This document shows positions 11,922 through 24,099 of a stretch of 49,385 nucleotides of DNA, piece by piece (position 1 is the first letter of the stretch; each line of letters starts with the position of its first letter). The stretch comes from Octopus bimaculoides (Eukaryota), in contig NC_068983.1 in the NCBI RefSeq assembly GCF_001194135.2, positions 57,743,880-57,793,264 of the forward strand. The letters run 5' to 3'. A program made the translations under genes and the position numbers. The notes under the pieces were generated by a model that saw only the letters and a program-made list of their open reading frames with translations, ran no database searches and was not told the DNA's origin.

Positions 11922-12350
11922 ATACTCTTTTTTTTTACTTGTTTCAGTAATTTGACTGCGGCCATGCTGGAGCACCACCTTTAGTCGAGCAAATCAACCC
12001 CAGGTCTTATTCTTTGTAAGCCTAGTACTTATTCTATCAGTCTCTTTTGCCGAATCGCTAAGTTACGGGGACGTAAATACACCACTATCGGTTGTCAAGC
12101 GATGTTGGAGGGACAAACACAGACACACAAACATATACACACACATACATATATACACATATATATACACATATATATATACATATATACAACGGTCTTC
12201 TTTCAGTTTCCATCTACCAAATCCACTCACAAGGCTTTGGTCGGCCCATGGCTATAGTAGAAGACACTTGCCCAAGGTGCCATGCAATGGGAATGAACCC
12301 GGAACCATGCGGTTGGTAAGCAAGCTACTTACCACACAGCCACTCCTGCG
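11922..12350 (-). mobile_element. SINE family A, full length
   Basis: Head, central (CA/TA)n and tail are collinear with 561-1035. Confidence 0.9.
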
Positions 12351-13344
12351 CGTATAAGAGAAAATAATATTATTATTATTGTTCTCCTTATATTTCATTA
12401 TTACTGGTATTGCTGCTGCTACTACTACCACTTATATTTATTATGTATTTTTTTATCGTCAAATGTTAATTATTAACTTGTAACAAAATCAGAGCTGAAA
12501 AATATCAAAATGGCAATTCAGAATTGTCAGGTCAAACGAAGCGAAAACGTAAACATAAAAAATTTGGCAAATTCTTTTTAACTTGCATCTACAGAATTGT
12601 TTCTAATTTCGTTAAACCTTATCTCAAACACCCACCAACCTGCCCACCCAGTAGACACACCCTAAAATTAAAATGTATAAGTGGAAAAAAAAATTCAAAC
12701 TAAGTAAAGTGGGGGAATATTTGAAAGATCATCAAATAAATCTTGGTAATAAACAGGGGTGGGTGACGTATAGCCAGGTAATAATGATTAAATTAAGCAT
12801 GGGTTGTATTGGAAATCAGAACAGATGAAAACATCAAAAAATGGCCACTCATATTAATAATATGAGGAAAGGAAGGAGGAAGAGGAGGGGAGAAGAAACG
12901 CAAAAGAAGGAAAAGGCAGAGGAGGTGCACTACAGCAACAGCAAAATTTCAAATAAAGAAATAAAGCTTTAGTAATACAGTTTTCGTCTTAACTTTTATT
13001 GCAATCAATAAATAACATCAATGTCTCTAAACAGGCACTTGAACAGATTTATCTGCTAGAGATAGCAGATAAATATTACTCAAATCACATCGTATCGTCT
13101 TGAAAAACGAGTAAGAAAAGGCCACATTGGATAATAGCTTGGTAAAATTTCTTACACACACACACACACACATACAGAGTTTTGTAAAATTTAATTTATA
13201 TTTCAAATTATTCCAACTTTTATGCATGTACTTCTGTACGCGGTGTGCATATTTTTAGTAATAATGGCAACGTATGCTTAGGTAGAACTTAAATTGGTTC
13301 AATATAATTACAGACAATTAATTGCTGATCCTCTTGTTGATGGT

Positions 13345-13600
13345 GATGATTGTTATCATCATCATCATTACTTAACGTCTACATTTCCATGCTTGCATGA
13401 GTCAGACGGAATTTGTTAGGCAGATGTTTCTACGACTTTATGGCCTTCCTACAGCCAACGCTTAACTGTTTCCAGGAAAAGTAATATTTTCCTATACCCA
13501 AACATATTTCTCAAGGAAGACTGGAAATGAACAACGTCATTTGTACGACAGTGATGCTCATTTACTATCATTACATGATGTCAAGACAAAAGTACAAAGA
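13345..13600 (-). mobile_element. Family C-related retroposon with a variant body
   Basis: Same (CAT)n-TTAACGTC...TTCCATGCT tail and GCCTTCCT...GCCAAC core, but a different 5' portion. Confidence 0.6.
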
Positions 13601-14289
13601 CGCGTATATATATCTTTTATATATAAATAATTATATACATAATTATATCATGGGTTTGGCTATAAGCCTCTCCACGCACTAGAAAATAGACCCCAAAAGA
13701 CGCTATTACCGCTTTGGTAAAATCATTAATGATTTTTACCCTTTATTATAAATGATATACGCAAGATACTGGTAATAACCCTCGACAATAAGCAACTCTC
13801 TGTTTTACTCTGCTTAAAATGACTCTTACACTCTCTGCCTATGTCCATTTATATTGTGGCACAGTAGGAGCCAACCAATATGGGCGTTCTACTTCTGCAC
13901 AACATTGTGACACTGTCGTGGTCTTTTGTACCGTTTCTTAATCTGCCAGCAACAGAAAAGAAATCTCTCTCTTAAATTACACGATGCCATTTTGAAAATA
14001 GGATTGTTGTATTGAGCAAAAAAGTCTCTGATGAAGAGAATCTCATGACTGGAACACTCTGGATCTTATAGCTGCTTACTCAAAGCTGATCAGGATATAA
14101 ACAACAATTAGAGTCACTTCTAGAACAATAACCACCAATACTGACACCAAGGCAATAATTTCCTTATCGATCCGATCCATACAATCAACACAACACAACA
14201 TCACAACTATCATAAGCAGCAGCAGCAACAGGGTCAACAATAAACGATCTGTAAAAATACCAGAGTAAATCCAGTTCCAGCTGAGTATG

Positions 14290-14510
14290 CTGAATGGATT
14301 AACAGAATAGTTAGAGTGGAAGGAAAATGCCATTCTGTTATTCTGCCAGCTCTTTACTGTCTGTGTTCGGATCCTGCTGTAGACAACTTTACTTTCCTTC
14401 CCTCCAGGGTTGATAAAGGCATTAAGTACCAGTGAAGTACTGGAGTTAATGTAATTAACTAACCCCACTTCACAAAATTGCTGGCCTTCTGCTTAAATTA
14501 GAAAGAATTC
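14290..14510 (+). mobile_element. SINE family B, highly diverged
   Basis: ACTTTACTTTCCTTCCCTCCAGGGTTGATAA...TAAGTACCAGTGAAGTACTGG...GGCCTT...AAATTAGAAAG. Confidence 0.7.
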
Positions 14511-15193
14511 TGACTCCAAGTGTATACACAATTCCTAATTATGCAACCATAAAAGCTAGGATAATTTGAAATGTAAGATAAACTTTACGAAAGTGGGTTC
14601 ATGTTTTTTTTAGTAAAGACGAAATTTATCCTGGCTGGGAGAAGTAAAATAAACTGGTTACTCTATAATTTCTTAAGAATGATTTAAAAAAGAGTTCATT
14701 CTGACAGCTTCGATGGTTATTGATAGCAATGAGAATGAATATTTTTTTCTGGACAAGAAGAGAAAAAACTTGTAAAGTAAACACTTTATTTTTCATAGCC
14801 TGGCTAAATTGTATCACAGGTCTCACCGATAAGGAAAAGAAAGTTCCAAGACAGGCTGTGACTGATTATAAAGAAGATATATGTTAAATGGAAAAAGTGA
14901 ATTATTTAAAATAGATGTACAACATAAAGTATCGTTTTGTGAATATTTTATGGAAGGAGAGAGAGCAATATAGCACTTTTACTGCAAAATTTCTCTCCTT
15001 TCTTGCATAAACTGCAGAATAACCAACAAAAAATTAAGTTACAATGATAAATTGTGTTTACAAAAAACATACTTATAAGGTTTGTCTTATTTACATTTCA
15101 AATTATACTAAGAGACTTTTGTATAGTTCTGTACATACGTGCATGCATTTAAATACATTTACTTGTATGTAAATACACACATATGTATATATG

Positions 15194-15435
15194 TCATTGT
15201 TCAGTTTTATTTCAAGATTTCTGGCCAATAGAGAAAGAGCCGGTTTCTAAACTAGGTCCAAGGCTCCTTCATTTGAATTTCAACAACAGGGTATTATGTA
15301 TGTATGTATGTCATTATTACGTTTATTTCAAGATTTCTTGCCAATAGAGAAAGAACCGGTTTCTAATCTAGATCCAAGGTTCCTTCATTGGAAATTCAAC
15401 ATCAACAACAGGGTACTTTTGTTTGTATGTATGTG
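15194..15435. repeat. Two diverged tandem copies of a unit of about 120 bp, each ending in (GTAT)n
   Basis: TTTATTTCAAGATTTCT.GCCAATAGAGAAAGA.CCGGTTTCTAA.CTAG.TCCAAGG.TCCTTCATT occurs twice. Confidence 0.85.
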
Positions 15436-15734
15436 TAAGAGTAACTGTTTATAGAGAGATTCTGAGTTTCATAGTGGAAACACAACTGTGATTTACAGGC
15501 ATAATTCTCCATTAATTTGTTCCGTTATGTTTTATTCAACTGGAATGAGGCCCTTAGTTGATGTAAATGCACACAGCAGAGTACATTATCGCAATGTTTG
15601 CAGTGCTAAGGGATTTCACATTTGTGATCAAAATTTTAACGTACACTGTCTATATATATATAAATCTAAACAATAATGTAGTTGAATATAAGTTTACGAC
15701 TCCACATGTCAATCTGTACAAACAAATACATACC

Positions 15735-15767
<33 letters not shown>

Positions 15768-16134
15768 GCATATGCGGCCATACTCAAACAGACATTAATA
15801 CACATATATCTATGTCTTATAATGGGTTTATCAATGTAGTATTATCATTTTTCCATCACCTGATAGAAGAAAATTTATCACTGCAAACAAGAGGGAAATG
15901 TCTTCTTTCTAGCCACGACCATCAAGTAACAACCTTGTTCTGGATGAATAAAATGTATTGATACACATTTAGGGAGAAACTCAAAGTTTGTCAATGAACA
16001 ACTTCATGAATGTGATCTATCTTATCTATTTTTACAATCTATGTTTTTTTCATTTACTTTAATGACAATATGTCCATGCCTCGGTTTGCTTAATGTAGTC
16101 AAGAGGTTGAAACTCGATTGAAATTACATAGATA

Positions 16135-16590
16135 TAAACATAGCCACAGCTGTAAGCTACACCAGTGTCGCATAACCAACCCACTCAAAAGTACCTTGGA
16201 TCGTAGGGTGACATGCTATGCTTGAGGAGACCTGTTGAGTCAAATACATCAACATCAGCAATATCAAAATCAAATCAAATGTAAATTGTAGTTGTGATCC
16301 CGTGCTAGTAGCATGTAAGAAGAACCATCCGGACGTAGCTGATGCCAGTGCCGCTTTGACTGGCTTCCGTGCTGGTGGTTTGTAAAAAACATCATCCGAT
16401 TGTGGTCGATGCTAGCTCCTCTGGCCCCTGTGCCGGTGGCACATAAAAAAGCACTTACTACACCCTCGGAGTGGTTGGCGTTAGGAAGAACATCCAGCTG
16501 TAGAAACATTGCCAGATTAGATTGGGTTCTGGTGCAGCCTCCTGGCTTCCCAAACCCCAGTCGAAACGTCCAAATCATGCCAGCATGGGA
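16135..16590 (+). mobile_element. Family C retroposon with 5' region, internal units of about 65 bp, and tail
   Basis: AACCCACTCAAAAGTACC 5' part, GTGCCGGTGGCAC units and the GGAGTGGTTGGCGTTAGGAAG..CATCCAGCTGTAGAAAC core. Confidence 0.85.
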
Positions 16591-16744
16591 TTCTAATACA
16601 ATAGTACAGAGAGAAGTAGAAAGTATATTCCACCAAGGAAAGCCCTATGCTTCAGCAAATTCTTCTGGGTAAAATATTCTGGTCCAGAGAGTGCCTTTGA
16701 GGTTAACACAGGCGCTATGACTGCACAGAGCTATGCAACCTTAA

Positions 16745-16965
16745 CCCGTTTGTTACCAACCTGGCTGAAACCAGCTCTGGCTCTGAGTACAAATGTCTTG
16801 TTTCCATATGTTTTGAATTAAAATCTTCCATCAACCCTTAGTCACGATTTATGTTCTTAACACTAGCTTAATGATAACCAAATTATTTTACTAAATTCTT
16901 TCTTATATTTAAAATTAATTGAAAGAAACACAGAGCATCTCAAAATAAATACAGTAACGAAAGGG
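16745..16965. mobile_element. piggyBac-type MITE (221 bp)
   Basis: TTAA at 16741-44 and 16966-69. Termini CCCGTTTGTTAC and GTAACGAAAGGG form an imperfect TIR with CCC...GGG ends, the piggyBac signature. Confidence 0.8.
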
Positions 16966-17239
16966 TTAAGGGATTATAAATTTTTAAGCATGCTTGCCGA
17001 GAAATTTATATCTATAAACTTCGTGTCATATAGAGATATCAGATTTGTTATAACTTGAGACATGAATGGACAAACACTAGATAAACGAGGGAAACATCTA
17101 ACATAAGCATTTAACACCTTCAGGCTTAAAACAAATCGATCGCAACAAACCTCATTCGTGTAGATTTACTGGAATTCAGTTTCCTTTTAGCAACTGAGGT
17201 ATAAAATATTTAGAAAACCTAACAAGAAATTACCATATA

Positions 17240-17945
17240 AGCACGAAGAATTTCTGAGTAAGACATTTCATTTCGTGTTACTCCAGTTCACTCAACTGAC
17301 AAAAATGAGTCGTACCTGTAATTCAAAGGGGGCCAAGGCAGCAAGCTGGCAGAATCGTTAGCATGCTGGGCCAAATGCTTAGCGGTATTTCGTCTGTCTT
17401 TATGTTCTGAGTTCAATTTCCGCTGAGGTCGACTTTGCCTTTCATCCTTTCAGGGTTGATAAGTTAAGTACCAGTTACGTACTGGGTCGATCTAATCGAC
17501 TAGTCCCTTCACCCATAATTTCGAGCCTTGTGCCTAGAGTAGACAGATTCTTTAAGGCGGTGAGCTGGCAGAATCATTAGCACGCCAGGCAAAATGCTTA
17601 GCAGTATTTCGTCTGTCTTTACGTTCTGAGTTTAAATTCCACCGAGGTCGACTTTGCCTTTCATCCTTTCGGGGTCAATTAATTAAGTACCAGTTACGTA
17701 CTGGAGTCGATCTAACCAACTGGCCACCTCCCCCAAGATTTCGGGCCTTGTGCCTAGAATAGAAAAGAATTCAAAGGGGGCCACTCTAGTCACATTCTGT
17801 GCCACACAGAATCCCCCTGAGAACTACGTTAAAGGTCGATATGATTTGTGGAGCACTCAGCCACATGCACATTAATTTCATGACCAGGCTGTTCCATTGC
17901 TTGGATCAACTGGAACACTCAGCGTCATAACTGACCGAGTATCAG
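17240..17945 (+). mobile_element. SINE family D (CORE-like head variant) interrupted by a family B dimer
   Basis: CTCCAGTTCACTCAACTGACAAAAATGAGTCGTACCTGTAATTCAAAGGG resumes after 17767 with the family D tail (GGATCAACTGGAAC). Confidence 0.8.
17336..17767 (+). mobile_element. Head-to-tail dimer of SINE family B inside one 16-bp TSD
   Basis: AATTCAAAGGGGGCCA at 17320-17335 and 17768-17783 (exact); two monomers at about 17336-17552 and 17553-17767. Confidence 0.9.
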
Positions 17946-17954
17946 TCATAGTGC

Positions 17955-18570
17955 ATTCATCTTTTATTTGTTTTAGTCATGAAACTGTGGCCATGCTGGG
18001 GCACCACCTTGAAGAATTTTAGTTGAACAAAACAACTCCAGTATTTATTTTTACTTCAAGCCTGGTGATTATTTTACTGGTCACCGGTACCTGCTACTAA
18101 TTCTAGTGGTTCAGCAAAAGCCGAACCACTTAGTCATAGGGACATAAACACACCAACACCGGTTGACAAGCAGTGGTGGAGGACAAACACAGACACAAAG
18201 ACACACACACACATACTCTTTACTCTTTCACTCTTTCATTTGTTTCAGTCATTTGACAGCGGCCATGCTGGAGCACCGCCTTTTAGTCAAACAAATCAAC
18301 ATTAGTTGCCACCAGGCAGCCACGGGACTTGAACCTGCAACCCGTCAGATGCTGGCCGACTACTCTACCATTAAGCTACACTGCCCATTCACCACATGCT
18401 GCATTGGCCGGGATTCTTTCAGTTTCCGCCAGGAAAAACCCACTCACAATGCTTTGCTTGGACAGAAGCTAGAGTAAAAGACCCCTGACCAAGTTCCCAT
18501 GCAGGGGGGGGGGTCAACCTGGAACCACATATTATGGAAATAAACTTCTTACCACACAGTCACTTCACAT
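17955..18570 (-). mobile_element. Composite of SINE family A fragments
   Basis: Two GGCCATGCTGG.GCACC tails, GGGACATAAACACACC body and a diverged head ending CTTACCACACAGTCAC. Confidence 0.7.
18314..18385 (-). pseudogene. tRNA-like sequence (AGC in the anticodon position); probable tRNA pseudogene or isolated SINE head
   Basis: Folds by hand into a cloverleaf: anticodon stem GUCGG/CUGAC, loop CC-AGC-AU, T loop UUCAAGU, D stem GCUU/GAGU. Defects: C33, G7:G66 and A51:C63 mismatches, no G3:U70 alanine identity pair. Confidence 0.6.
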
Positions 18571-18859
18571 TTATGTACAACAGTTTATTTAACTCGTTTG
18601 TTTTTTTAATATTCAAAATGTTTTGTTACTGGCAATTCTATAGGCAATGACAGACTAAAAATTATATAACATAATCATAATTACCAATGCTCATTAGTTG
18701 AATATACAAATACTTGAAGCAACATCCATCGAATTGCGAGTTTATTATTATTAGTTCTGGTTATTTAAACATTGGTTATTGTTTGAAATATTTACAAGAT
18801 TGTATTTACGATTCGTTATTTTAATTGCAATAACGGGGTAATTATATTTGTCACTACAA

Positions 18860-19130
18860 TAACGATGGTTATGATGATGTTGATGGTGGTGGTGGTGGCG
18901 GTGGTGGTGAGGATAATGATGAGGAGGATCATGGTGGTGGTGGTGGTGGTGGCGATGACGATAACAACAACTACGACATCGTCGGTGATGATGATGATGG
19001 GAGTGGTAGTGGTGATGATGATGACGATGATGATAACGATGGTAATGATAAAGCTAGTGATAATGATGATGATGATGGTGTTGAGGAAGATGGTGATGTA
19101 TCATTATTGAATAAAGCTTTGGATAATGAT
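18860..19130. repeat. (GAT/GGT)n degenerate trinucleotide array
   Basis: Direct inspection. Confidence 0.9.
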
Positions 19131-19185
19131 AATCATTGTTTGTAGGATTTCCTTGATTTGCCACAAGGACAACATTTGAAGGCAA

Positions 19186-19189
<4 letters not shown>

Positions 19190-19219
<30 letters not shown>

Positions 19220-19835
19220 GTCATTTAATATCAGCTTTCCATGCTGGAATGGGCTGGACGGTTTGACCAAGGACTGGTGAGTCAGAAGGCTGCACTAGGC
19301 TCAATCTAACCTGGCAGAGTTTCTACAGCCCTTTCTAATGCCAAACACTCCAACAGTGTAGTGGGTGCTTTTACGTGCCACCGGGGGCCAGTCAGGCGGT
19401 TCTGGCAATGACCACTCTCAAAAGGTGTTTTTTACGTGCCACCTGCACGGGAGCCAGTCTGGCAGCACTGGCAACAACCACGTTCAAATGCTGTTTTTCA
19501 CATGACACTAGCACATGTGCTGGTAAGGCGTTGATGGCAACGATTATGCTCAAATGGTGCTTTTCACGTGCCACTGGCACGGGAGCCAATCCGTGGCCCT
19601 GGCAACAATCACGCTCAGATGTGTTTTTAACATTCCCCTGGCACAAGTGCCAATCAGGCGGTACAGTCATCAGCCACGTCAGCAATTTTGATTTGATTTT
19701 ACTTGCCTCAATAGGTCCTCGCAAGCAAAGTTTATTGTCCAATGAATGAGGGGTACTCATAAGTGGGCTGGTTACACTCCACGTTCGGATGTGCTTTTAA
19801 TGTTCCACTGGCACGAGTGTCAATCAGGCAGTACT
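19190..19835 (-). mobile_element. Family C retroposon with five or more internal units of about 65 bp
   Basis: (CAT)n tail, core, repeated GTGCCAC.GGCAC...GCCAGT...CTGGC units, and a 5' part AGTGGGCTGGTTACACTCC. Confidence 0.85.
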
Positions 19836-20169
19836 TACAAGATTAAATTACAACTGGGTAGAGTTCTAATTAGCAATATAGCTGGAAGTGGGGTGCATGG
19901 GGAGTAGTCTAAGTTCATAAAAGGGGTAGCATTTGAGATCTACTGTATAAACCTGAATGGGGTTGGTGGGGCAATCATTGGCTGTCCTGGGTGACATACC
20001 TCCACCTACGCCACTGGGACTTTCTGCAGAATTGATTTTGATAAAAATACGAATGAGGAGTATGACAATCCTCTTGGTAGGGAGCCACTAGAATCAATGA
20101 AGAAACTCTACAGGTCCAGGATTACTGTGACTGCTAAGGTCATGTTTCCTTTCATAGTTATGCTCTCCA

Positions 20170-20325
20170 GCATGAAGGCACATGGCCTAGTGGTTAGTAT
20201 ATTTGGTTCACAATCATAGGGCCAGGAGTTCGATTGTTGGCAGTACCTTGTGTCCTTCAGCAAGGCACTTGATTTCATGTTGCTCCAATCCACTCAGCTG
20301 GTAAAATGAGTTGTACCTGTAATTA
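20170..20325 (+). mobile_element. tRNA-derived SINE head, family D CORE-like variant
   Basis: A-box TGGCCTAGTGG, B-box-like GAGTTCGATT, then GTGTCCTTCAGCAAGGCACTT...CACTCAGCTGGTAAAATGAGTTGTACCTGTAATT. Confidence 0.8.
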
Positions 20326-20436
20326 GGAAAGTATTAGATAGCTGAAAAGAATGGATAGCATAGTACTATAGGCTGCAGGTAGCAAGCCCGCTACACATGC
20401 AAGACTCCAGGATCTCCAACAAAATCTGGGATAAAG

Positions 20437-20635
20437 AAAAAACGACAACAATAATGATTTCAAATTTTGCGACAAAGGCAGCAATTTTGTTGAACTGGTA
20501 CTTGTTTTAATGACCCCTGATAGGATGAAAGACAAAGTCGACTTCAGAGAAATTTGAACTCAGAACATGGCGATGGGCGAAATACTGCTAAACATTTCAT
20601 CCAGTGCACAAACAATTCTGCCAACTCAATACCTT
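20437..20635 (-). mobile_element. SINE family B
   Basis: GGATGAAAGACAAAGTCGAC...ATTTGAACTCAGAAC...TTCTGCCAACTC, followed by an (AAT/GAT)n array. Confidence 0.85.
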
Positions 20636-20648
20636 AATAATGATGATA

Positions 20649-20683
<35 letters not shown>

Positions 20684-20830
20684 ACTAATAATAATAATGA
20701 TGATGATGATGATGATAATAAAATAATAATAATGATGATGACGATGATGATGATGATGATAATAATAATGATAATGATGATGATGATGATGATGATGATG
20801 ATAATAATAATGATAATAATAATAATAATA
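20636..20830. repeat. (AAT/GAT)n array running into a gap
   Basis: Direct inspection. Confidence 0.95.
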
Positions 20831-21401
20831 NNNNNNNNNNNNNNNNNNNNNNNNNNNNNNNNNNNNNNNNNNNNNNNNNNNNNNNNNNNNNNNNNNNNNN
20901 NNNNNNNNNNNNNNNNNNNNNNNNNNNNNNNNNNNNNNNNNNNNNNNNNNNNNNNNNNNNNNNNNNNNNNNNNNNNNNNNNNNNNNNNNNNNNNNNNNNN
21001 NNNNNNNNNNNNNNNNNNNNNNNNNNNNNNNNNNNNNNNNNNNNNNNNNNNNNNNNNNNNNNNNNNNNNNNNNNNNNNNNNNNNNNNNNNNNNNNNNNNN
21101 NNNNNNNNNNNNNNNNNNNNNNNNNNNNNNNNNNNNNNNNNNNNNNNNNNNNNNNNNNNNNNNNNNNNNNNNNNNNNNNNNNNNNNNNNNNNNNNNNNNN
21201 NNNNNNNNNNNNNNNNNNNNNNNNNNNNNNNNNNNNNNNNNNNNNNNNNNNNNNNNNNNNNNNNNNNNNNNNNNNNNNNNNNNNNNNNNNNNNNNNNNNN
21301 NNNNNNNNNNNNNGAGCACCACAGCAAACCACAGCACATACCCAAGGCGCACAGAGCTGCGCTCGGTAGTGAAGTGAAAGCACGTTATAAAAATAAAACT
21401 A

Positions 21402-21483
<82 letters not shown>

Positions 21484-21486
<3 letters not shown>

Positions 21487-21985
21487 TACTGAGAATGACG
21501 ATTGCAAAATCCTGTGGGATGCAATGATTCAGTGTGACTGTCAGATTAGACATCAGAAACATGGCAATGTTTTGGTGAAGACAAAAGTAAAAAAAAAACA
21601 TACATGACAATTGACATAGCATTTCCTGATGACAACAAGATTGAAGAGAACAAAGAAGAAGAAGAAGAAGAAAAGCGAACAAATATGACGATTTGAAATG
21701 GGAAGTACACAGATTGTGGGCAATAAAAAGAGTGGACGTGATGACAATAGTCATTGGCACACTTGGAAGTATCAGCATTCAACTACCAAGATGGCACAAA
21801 AAGATTGGTACAAACATAAAGGTAGAACACCTACACAAATCATCATTGCTTGGAATGGCAAGAGTTCTCCGTAGGGTTCTTGAAGTCTTGATAAGTAAAC
21901 AAGTGTCCCCTTAGTCTGCTAGTTGTGAACAGCTGGCACTTTCCATCAGAACCAACAAAATCAGCTGAGAGTTTTCATCAAATAT
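21484..21985 (+). mobile_element. R4/Dong-clade LINE 3' fragment (restriction-like endonuclease domain plus 3' UTR), directly after (AAT)n at 21405-21483
   Basis: ENDDCKILWDAMIQCD...IDIAFPDDNKIEE...KYDDLKWEVHRLW...IVIGTLG...SLLGMARVLRRVL: the ILWD, IDIA.P.D and K..KY RLE motifs, frameshifted, with RKPD decayed. Confidence 0.85.
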
Positions 21986-21989
21986 TAAT

Positions 21990-22190
21990 AATCTTTTCTA
22001 CTTTGGGTACAAGATCTGAAATTTAGTGGGAGGAGGAGATAATCGATTTCATGAACCCCCATTGCACAGCTGGTACTTATTTTATTGCCCCCAAAACGAT
22101 GAAAGGCAAAGTTGACCTCGGCGGAATTTGAACTAAGAACATGAAGGTGAATGAGATGTTTCTGTGGGTAGCTGATAATTTTCATCATAC
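21990..22190 (-). mobile_element. SINE family B
   Basis: CTTTTCTACT tail...CTGGTACTTATTTTAT...GATGAAAGGCAAAGTTGACCTCGGCGGAATTTGAACT. Confidence 0.85.
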
Positions 22191-22224
22191 CCAGCTAATT
22201 AAGCTGATCAAACAATAATGACGA

Positions 22225-22620
22225 TGATAATCATCAGCATCATCATCATCGTTTAACGTCCGATTTCCCTGCTGGCATGGTTGGTCGATTTGATTGAGGA
22301 CTGGCGAACCAGATGGCTGCACCAGGCTCCAATCTGATTTGGCAGAGTTTCTACAGCTGGAATCTCTTCCGAGCGCCAACCACTCTGAGAGTGTAGTGGG
22401 TGCTTTTACATGCCACCGGTACGAATGCCAGTCAGGCGGTACTGGCAACGGTCATGCTCGAAATGCAGTATTTTATGTGCCACCTGCACAGGAGCCAGTC
22501 CAGCGGCACTAGCAACGACCTCGCTCGAATGCTTTTTTTCACGTGCCACCGGCACAAGTGCCAGTAGGGTGACACTGGTAATGACCACGCTCAAATGGTG
22601 CTATTTGGTAATGATCACAC
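22225..22620 (-). mobile_element. Family C retroposon with three internal units of about 66 bp
   Basis: Units begin near 22410, 22477 and 22542; collinear with 45991-46340. Confidence 0.9.
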
Positions 22621-22648
22621 TCAATAATAATAANNNNNNNNNNATAAC

Positions 22649-22737
<89 letters not shown>

Positions 22738-22738
<1 letters not shown>

Positions 22739-23606
22739 CAGCCTCTCAACTAACCTCTCCTGAAATGAAGAGGCTGGTTGAGACTGTGCAAATGTGCAGC
22801 AAGGATGTAGTCATAGAATTTGATATCTCAAAGTTTGAGGTACTTTCTTTGAAGAGGGGGAAAAAGAGTAAATTGTAGTGGGGTAGAATTGCCAAATGGA
22901 GAGAGAATGGAAGACCCAGATGATGATAATGTGTACAAGTACCTTGGGATCCTGGAGCTGGACAATATCTTGCACAAAGGAATGATGGACAAGGTCATCA
23001 CTGCATATTTCAAGTACCTCAAACTTCTCTTGAAATCAAAGCTCAACTCAAGGAACCTTGTAACTGCGATCAACATATGGGCTGTTGCTGTAGTCTGCTA
23101 TAGTGCACCCACCCTGAGATGGACACAAGCAGACATTGACCAACTCGATTGCACTACCTGAAAGACAATAACAATGCATGGTGCTCTCCACCCTAAGACA
23201 AATGTACATAGGCTCTACATGAAGAGAGGTAAAGGTGGATGTGGACTGATTAGTGTGCAGGAGTGCATCAACAGTGAAGAAAGCAACATGGCAGAATATT
23301 TGGTAAACAGTAAAGAAGGCCTGCTACAGTATGCAACTAGTACAGAAGGAGTTAACAAAAATTGACTTGAAAGTGCTCATGAATTCTGAATAAGAACAGC
23401 CAATAAGAGAGAAGAAACCCTGCTTTGTATGGCATTACATGGTCAGTTCCACTGTGAAACCAACAAATTAAAAGACCAGGAAGTATCATGTTGAGTAGGC
23501 TCAACAAGGGTGACCAAAAAAAAAGAATACTGAAAGCCTAATCATCGCAGCCTAGGACCAGGCATTGGGTACCAACTCATTGGGAAAGAATATATACCAC
23601 ACAAGT
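22738..23606 (+). mobile_element. R4/Dong-clade LINE internal fragment (RT C-terminal/thumb region), directly after (AAT)n at about 22625-22737
   Basis: YKYLGILELDNI...LKLLLKSKLNSRNLVTAINIWAVAVVCYS...HGALHPKTNVHRLYMKRGKGGCGL...LHGQF...ESLIIAA*DQAL, with stops. Confidence 0.85.
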
Positions 23607-23960
23607 ACTTATCTTATCAACCCCAAAAGGATGGAAGGCAAAATCAACCTTGGCAGAATGTGGCGATGGGCGAAATACCACTAAGCATTTTTCCCGGTGT
23701 GCTCACAATTCTGCCAGCTGCCTGCTTTAGTAATAATAATAATAATACTTTCTATTATAGGCACAAGGCTTGAAGTTTTGGGGAAGGGGACTAGTCAATC
23801 ACATCGAACCCAGTGCATAACTGGGACTTAATTTATCGACCCCAAAAGGATGAAAGGCAAAGTCGACCTCGGTGGAATTTGAACTCAGAAAGTCGCAACA
23901 GGTGAAATACCACTAAGCATTTCATCCAGCGTGCTAACGATTCTGCCAGCTCCCCGCCTT
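23607..23960 (-). mobile_element. Two stacked SINE family B copies separated by (AAT)n
   Basis: Cores at about 23620-23660 and 23840-23890, each ending TTCTGCCAGCT..GC(C)TT followed by AATAAT. Confidence 0.85.
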
Positions 23961-24095
<135 letters not shown>

Positions 24096-24099
24096 GACA

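Noticed and set aside
14028-14050. CTGATGA-A-GAG-AAT-CTC resembling a hammerhead 5' core
   Set aside because: Followed by ATGAC rather than GAAA; no stem III or cleavage triplet.
19370-19700. CRISPR-like look of the 65-bp palindromic units
   Set aside because: Eukaryotic context, units similar along their whole length with no unique spacers, no cas genes, and embedded in a dispersed retroposon.
19960-20017. CTACGCCACTG resembling a hAT-type terminus
   Set aside because: No matching opposite end or TSD found.
21626-21632. CTGATGA motif
   Set aside because: Lies in the R4 coding sequence (FPDD); no stem II or GAAA.
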